Counted from the whole stretch's first letter, positions 36,316 to 50,746 are shown. The stretch: DNA of 63,486 bases, filler included, from Rhabdomonas costata (GCA_019059605.1; 51 parts of 51 records of this genome joined end to end with filler, not necessarily neighbours in it); one strand, 5' to 3'. A program made the numbers and translations. Notes: generated by a model not told the origin, from the sequence alone.

Positions 36316-39300
36316 GCATGTGCCCATAGCTTTTGGGTGTCTTTCTATTGGGCTCAATGCAAGAGGTGGAAGGCAGCTCGACTATCGCTTGGCCACCTTG
36401 GTGAGTTGAGGATGATGTTCAACCAGATGGTTTTTGGATAGTTTTTAGCAGTACTTTTAACTTTTAGCAGCTGCCAGTGTTTTGTTTTTCGTCGCCTGGT
36501 GTTTTTCTGGAATGAGGGATCTTTTCATTGTGGAGTAGGCTCTGTTGTTTTGTTATCCATTGGGCATTGTTATGTCCCGGAGGCTCTCGAGGCTACGTTT
36601 TCTGAAGTGTTTTGCTGTGCAAACTTTCAGCTTAATATGATGGGAAGTCTGAGCATCTTAACCTTTTCTATTGCCGCTCTGGTGAAACAGGGACAACAGC
36701 GGAAATTCTGTCCTTCTTTTTTTATTCAGAATGGGAAAGGCGGACTTCCTCCTGAGCTCTTATTTGTTCCCAAGAGCAAGTTGAAGGCTCCCCAGCCCTT
36801 GACGCGCACGCCCGCTGTTCTGGAAACGGTTCTTTGCTTCAGTAGCTTTCAGTAGTTTCATTTTTATGGGGGAGTCGGAAATCTCTCGTGGCAATGAAAT
36901 GTGTGGTATTTTCCTTGCGTTAAGCCGGAGGTGTGCATTGTGTTTGAGCAATAAGGATGTGCTTATTTTTTTTTATACATTGCTAAGCTGGAATGATATG
37001 ATGAGTTGGCTGGAAGTTTGCCTTGATGGGCTTTCCTCAGGAGTGCGTGTGTTGTCATTTCACACAGGGCACACTTCCATGGTATGGACTTTGATCCATT
37101 TCTTTCGGACCTGCACTGCCGGGTATCCCAGTTATTAATGTTGAAATTCTTTCGAGTCAAGCTTTGCTATTGAAAGCTTATGCTACAATTAATTTGGGCA
37201 GTGGGTACATTTTGGGGTTCTTTTTGTGGTGGTTGCTCGTTGCCTCACTCAAGCTCGTGGTTTTTTCAGCGTTCTCTAACCCATGGAAGAAGTATCGNNN
37301 NNNNNNNNNNNNNNNNNNNNNNNNNNNNNNNNNNNNNNNNNTTAATTAATTAANNNNNNNNNNNNNNNNNNNNNNNNNNNNNNNNNNNNNNNNNNNNTTT
37401 TGGTGTGATGCTACTCTTGGATAGCACTAGCGTCGGATTGTCTCAGGTTGGTGCAGAGGTGGATTCCTTTACAGCGTATTTGTGTCTTAACATTAATTGT
37501 GTAACCTTTTAAATTGCCCTTTTAATTTTATACCAGATTTTTGCCCGAGCAGGATCTGAACCGGATCTTATCTTGGTCTCACTTCCGATGTCCTTCCGAC
37601 GTCCATTGTAGGTAATTCTTTCGAAGATTTTCAGGTTGGCAGGTTGGCACTCTGTGGATCTGGCCCACCCCGCCTCCTTCAACCATACCGCTGTTGACCG
37701 CAGGAGGCTAGGCAGCAATTTTATTTCAAATCCCCCTCCTTCACCTCAATTCGATGGTCCCGCGCCTCTTATTTACCCAATTTAAACGGCACAGCCTGCT
37801 CCATGACACCATCTCCAACCCTCCCTTTCCCCCAAATCTAAAACAATCCCCAACCCACCACTCTTGGCTGGTGGCGCCGGTGCGCTTTTTGGCCTTTTTT
37901 TTCGATTCCAAATGAAAACTTTTCGACCGAGCAGGTTTTAATTTTCAAAAGTTACACCGGTCATCTGGTTGGCATTTTTGCGTAGTATTTGATCAGTGTC
38001 GCGAACCTGTTCCGCCCATCGTGGTGCGTCAGCACAAGGCAGCCGTAGAAGTTGGCAGGAGTTGGAAATTGGATGTCTTAGTGATTGGCGTTTGGTTGTC
38101 TTCGTTGTTGCTTGCGCCGATCTTGCCCGACCAAACGCACAAAACGAGACGACTCTACGCGCCCCAATAAACACCCGGAATTAGAGATTGATTCTAATAC
38201 CCTCCGCTGCGGCGGCATTTGCGGATTTTCGGGAGATGGTTTTTTAGGAGCGGGGAGGGGGGTGGCGTGTTTTTCTTGGATCATTGGTCGGAAGTAAATT
38301 GTGCATACGCAGCAAATGCCAACTGGACGCAGCAAGGAGAGAGAGAGAGAGAGAGAGAGAGAGTCATCCAAACTCCGAATTTAAGTCCTCTGCGGCAAAC
38401 TTTTACAAAGCACCGGTTCAAATCCAAGGCACATTCTGAAAGAGGAACCCCCAGAAAAATTCTAAGACTGGATGGAAGGAAGTGGGGGGAACAAATCGGA
38501 GGGCCCAGGGTCCGAAGGAAGCGGAACAGGGAAGGGCATAAAAAGNNNNNNNNNNNNNNNNNNNNNNNNNNNNNNNNNNNNNNNNNNNNTTAATTAATTA
38601 ANNNNNNNNNNNNNNNNNNNNNNNNNNNNNNNNNNNNNNNNNNNNGTGTTGGGTGTGGTTGGTGGGTTGTGGAGCAGCTGATTATTGACTTCAAAGAGCT
38701 GTGGTGTTTTTGCAGCAGGGCGTTTTTCTCCACTTAACTCCACTTGATTCCGTCTGACTCCGTTTGAATTGTCGGGTTTGTGAACGGGCGGAAATCTTTC
38801 TGCAAATTTGAAAATGAGGTCTTTACGGCAGCAACTTGTTCCCATATTAACTTCCGGCGAGACTAAATAACCTCTCCCAGTGGCACGTCCTTCGCCCTCT
38901 AACCCCTTGTGAGACCAATACCTCAGTGAACCCCAGTGAGAAAACGCTTCATTCTTTGCACCCCAGCACCCACACCCCCAGGATCTAGACATCCTGGACC
39001 TATAAAATCATGTGTAACCCTTCCCACACTCTTCCCACACTCTGGTGCCTGTGCCGCAGTGCCGTGAAATTATACTTGTGTAACCTTTGGACGAATGTCA
39101 TTTTGAAGTGTACACGCGCACGAACCCGATACTTTGTTCAGGGTTTCCGGAAAGGGGGTAAGGATTGCAGTACCGCTAAATGAAAAAGAAACAAAACCCG
39201 GGAGATCATCACACTGAGCCGAGTTGTTTCTTTCGTGCGGAAAACGAAGTTACGATAAATAGTTATAAGACGTGTGAATTCTCACCGGACCGCAGCAAGT

Positions 39301-40228
39301 CACTCCAAAGTATTTTCTCTCGTATTCCCATTCTCCCTCTCCATCCACCCTGCTCTCTTCTCATCCCTACTCCCCTGTAAGCTAGTTGACCACTTTGTTG
39401 TTGAAAAGCGCTTTGTGTGTAAGCGTACGGAACTGGTAGAGAAGACTGAAAAGTGTTGTTGTACGAATGACTCCAGGTTACGCAATTTTAACTCAGCTCA
39501 TTTGTGTTAAGACAAGCTCATTGGGTCGCGTGAAAATGCGCTAAGTCCAGAGCAATCCACCTGACCGAGGTGTTTGGTATATGTTATTCAGGTACTTTCA
39601 CTGAGTGAATGTGAGCAAAAAATGGATCTTGTGAGCTTTTTTGTGAGCTCTGTTTGTTTGTGATCGTGTGGTATATATATCGTGTGGTTTTTGGTAACCT
39701 GTTGCGGCACCTTTGTGGGTGTGACACAGCGACCAGCACCAGCGTCCGAAAGCATGGGCCGCGAAAATCTTGCAGGGGCTGAACCCAAAACCCNNNNNNN
39801 NNNNNNNNNNNNNNNNNNNNNNNNNNNNNNNNNNNNNTTAATTAATTAANNNNNNNNNNNNNNNNNNNNNNNNNNNNNNNNNNNNNNNNNNNNTTGTGTG
39901 GTTATTATGCAGGGGGGTGGGGGTTGATGTCTTGTGATTCGTGCCTTCGTTGCTATGGGAGTTTGGATTCACGCACGCTCCAAGTGCACGATGATTTCCA
40001 TGATCTGGGAGGCAAGTGCGTTCCACTCATTCACCTTCTGCATATTGCATACCGGCTTGCACTACTGTCATTTTTCGAGATTCACCCATCGGACACATAC
40101 GAGTCAGCACGCTCCCATTTTTTTGGTAGATTCACAGTTCGATCCCCCGGAGCTGGGTGAGCAATCCTTGGCACAATGCCTCAGAGCCCAAACATCTATG
40201 ATAGTCCAGCTGTCCCTTTTTTTTAAAG

Positions 40229-40474
40229 CTCGCCGAGCTGCAGAAGGAGATTGCCGGACTGATGGAGTATCGCGAGGTCAGCTCGGCGCTGGAGCAGGCC
40301 CACGTGAGTCAGCACCAAGAGCTGCTTGCCGAGCTGGCGGCGGTCAATGCGGACGCTGCTGCGCAGCGGGAGAGCCTCAGGCTGTGCACCGAGGCCATGA
40401 CGGAGCGCCAGGCTCTGGTTCACGCCCTGCAGGCCAGGCTGACCCAGCTGCAGGAGGACCGTGACTTGATGATG
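40229..40474 (+). CDS. Hypothetical coiled-coil protein exon
   Basis: 82-codon GC3-rich heptad-rich frame LAELQKEIAGL...LTQLQEDRDLMM between a T-tract + aag and a gtgtgt donor. Confidence 0.6.
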
Positions 40475-40737
40475 GTGTGTATGGGTTTGAATATGGGTTT
40501 CTGTGCTTGTTTGAATTTGAAAGGCAGAAAAGACCTCCACCAAAGCTATGCATTGTGCGTGTAGCGTGTTGGTACTTAGCGCGTTGGCTGCTGGCTATTG
40601 CCTGGGTGTTGGGGACCGCTATCGCCTGGCGCACGGGCTGTGGTCCGCGGGAGCTCGAAAGAAGTTCCTTCGGAGCGTGCGTCGTCGTCGGGTACCGGCT
40701 CACCGTCATGCGTTCCATAACCTGACTTCACCCTGTT

Positions 40738-40845
40738 GTGTAGTCATCACCCCAGACTCATAGCCATCTGTGTGTTCCCGAAAGCCGCGCGGTGTAGTCA
40801 TCACCCCAGACTCATAGCCATCTGTGTGTTCCCGAAAGCCGCGCG
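40738..40845 (+). repeat. Perfect 54-nt tandem duplication
   Basis: gtgtagtcatcaccccagactcatagccatctgtgtgttcccgaaagccgcgcg occurs at 40738-40791 and 40792-40845. Confidence 0.95.
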
Positions 40846-41344
40846 TTCCCTGTGGGCCACAAGTCGCGGTAGGTGGCACTGCGAGGCAGGAGGTGGAGCG
40901 ATAATGAGGCCCGATGAGCCATCAGCACGACCACGTCCAGTGGAGATGGTCATTGTCTTTTCGGTGGGCACCGGTGCTAACCACTACCAGCTTGTCGCAT
41001 TCCCCTCTAATCTGTCCGATCTCCGAGCTCTCTCCACCACNNNNNNNNNNNNNNNNNNNNNNNNNNNNNNNNNNNNNNNNNNNNTTAATTAATTAANNNN
41101 NNNNNNNNNNNNNNNNNNNNNNNNNNNNNNNNNNNNNNNNTACTCCCATTTCAGGATCAGTGTTGATTCGCATTATCACCCCTGTCCAACTTTCATTTTT
41201 TATTCTCATGAGTGACCATCTTTCCTTCCTCCTGCTTCGGGTGCGCAGGACGAGGAGGTTGCAATGAAGTTTGGAGCTATCAGCTATCTCAGCACTGCCC
41301 GTCACGCATCCAAGCCACAACACACTAATTGCGTGCGTTTTCAG

Positions 41345-42021
41345 GAGAGACCGCCGCGGGACGGTGTCTCTCGGAGGGCTTAGCCCGTGTTCCCTCGCTG
41401 TCAACCTGCGGAGAGCCGTCCAGTGGTAGCTCAGGGCCACCGCGGAGCTTCGCAGCCGGGAAGCGGGCCCTGGAGCAGCAGCTGGCCGAGGCACGCTCTC
41501 TCTGCCTGGATGTTCTTGTCGGGATTTTGTTTGACGCTTTCGTGTAACGTTGGTAAAAGACGGAGCAGCAAAACATATCCAAGAGTGGCGGAAATGCCGC
41601 TTACCTCATTGGCCGCATTGGGGCATTGTTCGAATGCTCCACAGATAACCCTAATACGAGTTCCTCGTTGACGCCCTTTTGTGTTGTTTTGTTGTTGAAC
41701 CTCCTGAATCTCTTAATCGAAATCTTCAGTGCCATCGCTGACTTGGTGAATCCAATCTGTCTTATTCTTCTTTGTAGCGGATCCCCAAGTTCGTCTGACA
41801 TATGGATACATTCCAACATTTCTTGCTGGGTTGTGTTGCAGATCCACCAGGAGGGCTTTGTGAGCTACCTGATGTTCCCCACGCAGTTCCCGGGCCACCG
41901 CCGGCCCACTCTTAGGTTCATCTCACCCTACGACGTGCCCCAGGGGCTGTCCTCTGGCCCCGTGCACCGCGTGCCCGTCACGGCGGTAACCACGGCTGGA
42001 GCAGGCTTCTTCATCCAAAAA
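41345..42021 (+). CDS. Hypothetical protein, two exons
   Basis: Exon 41345-41490 (...GKRALEQQLAE|gcacgc) joins exon 41842-42021 (IHQEGFVSYLMFPTQFPG...GAGFFIQK|gtgtgt) in frame through a candidate GC-AG intron. No family recognised. Confidence 0.45.
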
Positions 42022-44108
42022 GTGTGTCCCGCAACTCTTCAGATGCACACAATGCTCAGAGTTAGTCACTGATTGTAATTTTAGCAATGGCGGAACAGGA
42101 TTGGGGCGTGTGCTTACATTTGTTGCCATGGGAAAGCAAAATCCCGAGAATCGACGCTCAGCATCCTCGCTTTCAAGATTTAAGCTTTGCTTTTTGCGCG
42201 CGCTTTCGACTGGTCTGTCTTTATCCTTGTCATCCTGGTTTGACTGTGCAAAGGTCGTTCACTGAAGAGCGTTTATAACCACCCAACNNNNNNNNNNNNN
42301 NNNNNNNNNNNNNNNNNNNNNNNNNNNNNNNTTAATTAATTAANNNNNNNNNNNNNNNNNNNNNNNNNNNNNNNNNNNNNNNNNNNNATCTGCTGACCTC
42401 ATCCATCCGGCACCGTGTTTGTTCCCAGTCATCATCTCAGAGCGTTTATCAGCATTCAAAGCCACTCGCAAACCTCCCATATTCCCGTGCAACGCATGTT
42501 ACATCAGAAACCACAACTGCCGAACGCTTTTCCGCTAACTCCTCCATGAAGCCAGTCGGGACGCGAGGGGGGGGGGGCGCACGTCGTAGGCATTGGCGAG
42601 CAGAGAGAGCACGGCGCGCACGCCCTGGGCCTCCAGGAACCGCACCGCGCCGCTGTATCGCATTGGAGTCAGCCCCACCGCCGCTTGGAAGAAAGAAAGA
42701 AAGAGAAAACACAGCAGTGATAGAATTATCTTCATATCAGCCGCAAGGACCTGCTGCTCAATTAAGACGCTTACGTCTACCTAGAAATTATGCACGACCA
42801 GCCAACTTGGTGAACCTTATGGAGAGCAATCGGAAACATCGGGTAGAGGGCTCTTCTCAGTGTCGCTTGGCCTATTTCCCTGTCATCAGTGCCTTCGGGA
42901 TTTTGTCGCCGGACAGGGACATGTTCTGAGGTAGTTTGTCCTGCCCGAGGTCAATTAGGTTTCCAATCCATGCCCTAGACTTGAACACTTTATTTGGAGC
43001 GGCGGATTGAGCGCACCCAGCTGTTAACCAACACGAAACCGGTCACCCGGTTGACCCGATGATTCGTGTTCAAGCATCCCCACGTGGAGGCCGGTAGTGA
43101 TCACGGTCATCAGCGGGAAAGATAGATGAACCACTCGCGGTCCCGAAGGGATTCCACCACACGGTTTGCATGGGTTTAAGGGCAATGGATGTCACCCCCT
43201 CCTCGAGCTTCACGCTTTCCAAGTTCCACTGTCATAATGATGCTATTCTCCAAGTCGTCCATTCAGAAAGTACCAGTGGTTACTATTCTAAACTAACTCC
43301 CCCTCCCCCGGGCGGTCGTCACTGTTGGTTTCCACTGGGATACATGACAAAACAAGACAATTAACAAATCCGCCCCAAAAGCATACCCGTGCAGACGTTT
43401 CCCTCAACCGGGGCCACCCCAGCGCTCCCTCCTCCCACCGCTGAGGTTGGGCCCGCGCCTGCGCCAGCGCCACCTCCTCCCGCTCCTCCCGCTGCCCCCT
43501 GGGAACCGTGACGGACGGTGCAGGGGTGCGGNNNNNNNNNNNNNNNNNNNNNNNNNNNNNNNNNNNNNNNNNNNNTTAATTAATTAANNNNNNNNNNNNN
43601 NNNNNNNNNNNNNNNNNNNNNNNNNNNNNNNTGTTTGGTGTGGTGGGTATCTGCCGTCGGAAGAAAAGTCAAACAGATGTTTTTGGATGGTGTGAGCACG
43701 TGCGTTGCAATGGATCGGCTCGTGCTGTTGAGCCCTACGAACAACACCTTGAATCAAAACAAGGAATTGTTTTGGAAACTCGATTTTTCGCGTTTTTTCT
43801 TTGAAACCTCGAAATTCCGTAAAGGCACAGAGCCGTGAAGCTTTCCGTCAAGAGATCAAGAGAACCAGCTTCAAATAGGCGGTTCTCGCGCTTAACGCGC
43901 CTCCGGAGCCTTCGGGGGTTCCAGTTATAGAAATACCACGTCGGGTCAAAGACACCGCCCAAAAATAGGGTCCTTGTTGCCTTTTGGCACAAAACTGTTT
44001 GTGGTACAAGGCACCCTTTGATGCCTGATGCTACGATTCCCATTCAGTCTGTTGAATGTCATACTGAAGCTTCGGTACACTTCACGCCGGTGTGAAAAAA
44101 GCGCAAGA

Positions 44109-44244
44109 GACAGAGAAAGAGACAGAGACAGAGACAGAGAAAGACAGAGACATAGACAGAGACAGAGACAGAGACAGAGACAGAGACAGAGACAGAGACA
44201 GAGACAGAGACAGAGACAGAGACAGAGACAGAGACAGAGACAGA
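44109..44244 (+). repeat. (GACAGA)n microsatellite
   Basis: About 22 near-perfect hexamer units. Confidence 0.95.
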
Positions 44245-47200
44245 GTCAAAGATGGACAGAGATAGGAAGAGAGAGAACACGCATAGGTGTGTTCAGAGAA
44301 GATTCGTGAGATGTGGTGCATTCCAGAAGGGAAAAGAGAGGCAGCGTTATGAGAAAATGGAATCCAAGGATGCAAGCAAGGAATATTGCAGCGATTGAAG
44401 GCGTGTATTCAAGGGTGGATGAGACCAAGAAAAGGCAGCGGATGAGATCAAGAGGTGGAGGGATCAAAGCATTTCAGCAATGAGGTTCGAGGGGTGAGTT
44501 TTGTCTAAGTTTATTTTTGGAATGATCCCAATGAGAACTACGGCAGGAATCCAAGATGTTGCCAATTTTTTTATTTTACAGAAGTGCAGAATTGCAGAAG
44601 GATCTGGTGTAGTTTGGTGAGTCGTGCGCGTTTTGTGACAATCTGTGGACGCAGTGACGCCGCTCCATTTGAAAGCCAAAAAAGAAGAATGGGGTGTAAG
44701 AGTACATTTGTATGTAGAGTAGCATTGGAATTGCTACTGGCCAGTAGCAATTTCAATGCAACACCACACCACACAACCCNNNNNNNNNNNNNNNNNNNNN
44801 NNNNNNNNNNNNNNNNNNNNNNNTTAATTAATTAANNNNNNNNNNNNNNNNNNNNNNNNNNNNNNNNNNNNNNNNNNNNGGTTGTTGGTCACGTGAAGTG
44901 TTTTGTGTCTTTCATGTGCGAAACGAAAGTTTGCGCAGCAAACACACTTTTGCCACATCCTAGTGGGCTAAAGGGTATCAACAAATACCCTTTAAAGTAA
45001 GGAAAAGCGTTCCGGTCAACTCGGGTGCCAGCATGATGTACTCCTGGGTTCTACCCTGCCGTAGGTTTGTTAAGTAGACTCGGCCGAAAGCTTGGGCTCA
45101 GTATACTTGGCTGCAAAGGTCGAAAAAGTACTTCGCGCTTTCCCAGGAGGAAAAGTCAAAAAGCCCTTAAAGAGCCCCAAAGTACCCCCAAAAACGGCGT
45201 GGAGGAGTCCGAGACTCAAAGCAGCCATCCAACTGCCATCAATGAAGAGCCCCGAAATTTCTTCAACCAGATGCAGGATGCCTTTTTGTGGCCTCTAACT
45301 TTCTGTGACCCTGGAGACAGAGCTGCTGTAATCCCGCTGCTGGCAGGAAAACGGCGGTGTCTGGAGCTGAGCTTGAAATAGATTTGTGAGTGTCCCGGGT
45401 ATTCCGTAACGCAAGGACCCCGGTCGCAAGGATCAGAGCGGTGATGCACGGACCTCAAATAAAAGGCTGAATCCACGGTCACTGGATCTGCAATGTGGGT
45501 TGCTCGCTGGGTGATGAAGCGGATGAATTGGTTTGGGAAGCTTGTCAGATTCTCTCAAGAAAGCAATACAAATCTAGGATTCGTGCGCGCTGCATAAGTA
45601 TCTACAGCCTCGAACAGTGAGGGAGGGAGTGGAATACGCCCGCTAGGATTTGTTTCAATCGGGAGTGGGGGTCCAAGGAAGGAGGTGAGTTTAATTGACG
45701 TGCCGTTGTTGGCTGAATTCAATCCCGAACTGCCCTTTTTGTTTCGTTTCAACATCCCGTTTTATCTCACACGTTCATGTTTCACCCTTCCCCCCTCCCC
45801 CCCAACCGCAGCCAGCTGAGTAGACTCCTCCGTTGAAGTCTGAGCAGTGTGCAATACACCACACCACCAATCAAGAATGCGGGTGCAAAAGGACAAGGCA
45901 GCTCAGTTGAATATCCCAGAGAAAAAAGGAGGCAAGCGCGCCTCGTAATCTATTAAAAATGATGTGAACACGGCTGTGCACTGGGGAAACAAGCCAAAAT
46001 TGAAACAAACCAGGGGACCAACAAAANNNNNNNNNNNNNNNNNNNNNNNNNNNNNNNNNNNNNNNNNNNNTTAATTAATTAANNNNNNNNNNNNNNNNNN
46101 NNNNNNNNNNNNNNNNNNNNNNNNNNTGCTTTTACAGTGCGCTAAGTGTAGAAGCACGTGGATGTTTTCATTTCCAGCGATTTCTTGATGTCTTGTACCG
46201 CGGATTTGGCAAATATTCTAGGCGGTTTTACTTTGCAGTAGCGTGTTTCCTTCACATGAGATTGTTTTGACAAGCGGGTATGAGACCAATCACACACAGC
46301 GAGCCGTTGTGCTTTCTTGTGGGCCTTATGGCGTCTCAGTGGTGTCTATTTGGATACAAAGACGGCGCGGTACAAATATTTACCAGAGTTACACACTAGT
46401 GCACATAAAACCCTCCAACGCTTGCCAAGACGTGGCATCAATATCCGCACAAACCATGTCTCAAATACGCCACAAAATTCCGCAAATCTGCTTGAGAAAT
46501 GATTGGACGTTGTGCTGCAATAAGATCCCAGGTCTAGTTATAACCAACGCTACGTTTTGTTTCTCTCATCCCATTAGGCAAACCAACTATTACACTATGC
46601 TTTCCTTGCTCTTCTCAGTTATCTTGCTCTTTGTTGTCCACATCAGAATCGCTATCCGTTACCTATCGAGTGTGAGCTTGAACACTTTGTAGAACGTTCG
46701 TAGAAGTAGTCTTACTTGATGCACGTTTCATCTTGATATTCCAAGCAATTACTTTTAGATTACAGCCATTGCAGACTCGTGTGATTGATCTTGCAATTCC
46801 ACCAAAGACACATTTATGCAGTTGGAGAGACCACATTCATCTATATATGTATCCAAAGAATCCATCGGAACCATATCTCGCACCGTCTGGTACAACGAGA
46901 TTAATTAAATCCATAGTTATTGTGGGTCCTAGCCCTACTTCTGGCGTAACACATCAGCCTGGTGATCACGTAATTGCTAGAATACATGTGTGTGGTGATG
47001 TGAGTTAGTGCAAGATGATTGCAATGTACTTCATCATTGAAAGGTTTACCATTAGCTGCTGTTGAACTTTCCTACTGTGCGTAGATCCATTACTCAATGA
47101 AACGCTTGCTGTTTCAGTTCATCGTTTGAAATGTAGAGCCGTCGTCGCTGTCACCCATGACAGGCTGTACAACTCCAGGTCACATTAGTGACACACGCTG

Positions 47201-50200
47201 CTCAACACATTGCATTTATGCTACATGTTTTACACATTACACAATGACTAGTGTTGCGTGCTTTTATTCACCACCNNNNNNNNNNNNNNNNNNNNNNNNN
47301 NNNNNNNNNNNNNNNNNNNTTAATTAATTAANNNNNNNNNNNNNNNNNNNNNNNNNNNNNNNNNNNNNNNNNNNNTGTGGTGGGTGTGTGTGGGGGGGTT
47401 TGTGTGTGCGTGTGCATATCTGGTTCATTAGGTGCACAGCACCACCATTCTGCCGATCTAACGGGGTCCTTGGGATGGGAGGTGTGTGTGTGTGTGTGTG
47501 GGGTCCATTTTGATGTGCATCTGGCAGCACGGTTTTGTACTTGCTCACCGCGTAGGCGTGACAATGTCCGCTCCGGCGGTGCGTTTTTAATGTGCCACTT
47601 GTGCTACCTGTGCCACGTGTGCCGACAACCCCCCTTGTCATTCCCGCAGTCGGTTTCTTTTGTTTGCGGAGATGTGCTGGGCGTTGCTGTTCTGCTCGTA
47701 TTATTTTTGAATTACGGGACAGGGCTGTGGGAAATGGGATAGGGGGTCCTTCTTATTTGGGTGGCTGCTGTTTGCCATCTTTTCTCCCTTTGCTTTTTCC
47801 TTTTTAATTTTAAGTGCAAGTTGTGATTTCCTTTTTTTCTTTTCGACCGTGCCTCTTCTTTGCAGTGCGTGTTACAACAGTCAGATAACAGTCAGACAAT
47901 AGTCAGTGGTGACGATTTCTCAAGCCTGGTCCTCACGCGTCTCCGGGCATAGGGCAAATTTTCATCTCAGTCGTTAGCGCCTGCCGCGGTGGCGGCGGCT
48001 TTGGTTTACTCTGGGGCTCCATAGGATGCATGAAAGAGGCTGCCCTGGTTGCAAGCCGTTCTGAGTTCGTGCGCTCCTGCGGGAATTCGATGGTTGACTC
48101 CAAAACGATTAGGAATTCAACGACAATGGAATGCTTTGTTGCGAATTGACAGGAGAGGGTGACGACATTTGCTCTCCTGCTTTCTTTGACATTGAGGAAG
48201 TGTAGAGACATGCTGAGGATCCGGAGCTGGGGGGGGGAAGGGTGCGATGGATCCTTTGTTTCCACAGCGTGTAGTCAGGCGGGAAGCTCATCAGCGTGGC
48301 TAACAGTTTGAGCTTGTAGTTTGAGGTTTACTTTGTCTTTCGCGAGGGGTGAGACCACACCCACCCCACAAAAATGCGGTCTTCTTCCTCCGCGTTGGCC
48401 GCCCTTTCCGCCTTTGTGGGGTCCTCCACGGCCCCACTGCTTCTCTGCCGGGGCTATACCTCCGGACAGGACCCTCTCCGCCCCCATCCCGCGCGAAAGA
48501 CAAAGTAAACCTCAAACACACCNNNNNNNNNNNNNNNNNNNNNNNNNNNNNNNNNNNNNNNNNNNNTTAATTAATTAANNNNNNNNNNNNNNNNNNNNNN
48601 NNNNNNNNNNNNNNNNNNNNNNGTGGTGTTGGTCCCTCGCAGCTTCCTCGGTACGTTTTGCATGCTCTTTGGGATTTGCCATGGTACGGTTGAGGCAGGG
48701 CTTGGCTCGGCTGAAATAGTTCCAAAAAAAATTGTTTTTGTATTCGTTTTGCATTCTTTTCATGTTTTTGCGCTTTTTTGCGACGCATTTCTGACCCTTT
48801 TTTATACCCCAATTTACGTTTTTTTCCTTCCGGAGCTCATTTCTGGTCCCCGTCCCCACGGCTGTCACCGCCGGGCCTGCTGCTGAAGCAGACGGAAATC
48901 CTTCTTGCCCTGCTGATGATTTGTGATATTGACAAAATGGACCCGGGGTGAAGCTTTAAATGATCTTTTTCGCACCGCGTTTTTGCACTCGCGAATTTGC
49001 ATATTTTTTCCAGCCCTTATTGACGTCACCTGATTCTGTTATGCCACAGGGACAGAGATTACGAATTAACTCCCGGGCAGAAACCCACGTAACCGCCTGT
49101 CTTGTCTTGATGTCTTGATCATTCTGATCAACCTATTATCAGACAAATTCCGAACTGAGATCAAAAGGCCATTTATTTGCTTTCAAATAGCCACCCGTTC
49201 TTCGCATCTCATTCGTCTTTCTCCTAATTGAAGACATGCTACTTTTCTTAGATTCGCCCTTCCTCTTCGTTTCCTCGAAGAGATCGGCGAGTTTCTTTTT
49301 CGGGGCGACCGCTTCGTGCCTCCCACAAAGCAAAGGTGCTTTTGTTTCTGGAGTAATGTTACGTTTTCTTGGCGTTGTACAGACAGCGCAAGCTGGAACA
49401 ACTTCGTTGCATTTTTTCCCAGGAACTCTTTGCATTCACAAGCCCTCCTGTTGCTTCACAATGTTCTGCAAGTGGGGCTGCTGCACATGTTGTCACTGAG
49501 GATGACCGGAGGACCGCTTTGATCTTGCCTTGCCGGCTTCAACGAAGCCGCCGGAAAGAATTTCCGTGTTGGTGGGAAGAAGTCTCTGCTGCACCGCTGC
49601 AGCAGCCTTCGCTTTCTTGTGGAGCTCCAGCCCACAGCGGGGTGCCTTCCTTCGACCTCCAGTGGACTTTGCCAACGGTAACTGGATGATAGTTTTGCTA
49701 CGCTCTGTAATTATCTCATGCTGTATCTCACCGGGACATAGGCAAAGCATATCCCTGTTCACACCCACCNNNNNNNNNNNNNNNNNNNNNNNNNNNNNNN
49801 NNNNNNNNNNNNNTTAATTAATTAANNNNNNNNNNNNNNNNNNNNNNNNNNNNNNNNNNNNNNNNNNNNGTGTGGTGGTGTGTTTGGTGTTGGGGTGACC
49901 GAGGGGTTGGGGAGGGAAGTGTACGGAGTAGCTTGATCAGAGATGGGCGAAAGGAAACTGAAGGGACATAGGGAACAAGCCAAAAAAAAGCCAAATGGCA
50001 AAACTAGAGACACATTCGGGACACGGTCGCTTTTTTTTTACTGCCCCTCCCCTGCTGTAATAACTGGTTGATCTAAAGAGAACGGAAGTACTTATTGAAC
50101 GATATCCTACCGGCAAAGTCCATGATTCAACAAGGAACCTAACGGACGGGGGTCCTTTCTTCCATCAGAAAACATAACAATGTCATCACCAGTCGAACCG

Positions 50201-50623
50201 AACTCTTTTCGAAGCTCTTTTCAGGAAGACCGATTGTTGTAACACATAATACAGAAACTGGAGTAAATAATGGTTTCAATACAAACAATCGTTTTTGGTT
50301 GTTTTCCATCCCGATGGCCCTTTTATAGATTTCGCGCATCCCTCCATAAAACAGACGTGCTCTTTGTTTCTCTTTACAGTACCTCTCTATTTGGTGCATC
50401 ACAGTGTCGCTTTCAACTGGGTATACGACTTACATTGTCGCCTCCCCCCATGTTCCCAGCTCTCCTTTCTGGACGTGGCTCGCTTCAGGCCGTCTTTCTT
50501 CCCTTCCTTTTTCAGCCACATGTATAATAACCTCTCGTCCCTGACACTGTGAAGATGTTGTTGTGAAGTCTGCGCTAGTGGAGCGGCACAGACCCATTCC
50601 CACTCCCGCGTACTTCCTCCCAG

Positions 50624-50746
50624 GCCCAGACTGCTCATGACAACTTCTGGGACTTCATCTCGCTAATGCCGGAGAGCATGCACATGGTGATGTGGGTGCT
50701 GAGTGACCGAGCGCTGCCCCGCAGCTTCTCCATGATGCAGGGGTTT
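50624..50746 (+). CDS. Large-subunit (clade 2, HPII/KatE-type) heme catalase exon
   Basis: [41 protein letters not shown] matches the clade-2 catalase segment 'AQ(S/T)AHD.FWD..SL.PE..H..MW..SDR..PRS...M(E/Q)GFG'. ttcctcccag acceptor; GT donor at 50743 or 50747. Confidence 0.9.

Noticed and set aside
38410..38432. GGTTCAAATCC resembling a tRNA T-loop
   Set aside because: No acceptor, D or anticodon stems can be formed around it.
46670..46955. Minus-strand frame interrupted by a single TGA, hinting at recoding or selenocysteine
   Set aside because: No homology on either side, no splice context and no evident SECIS. The ABCG gene uses TGA as a normal stop.
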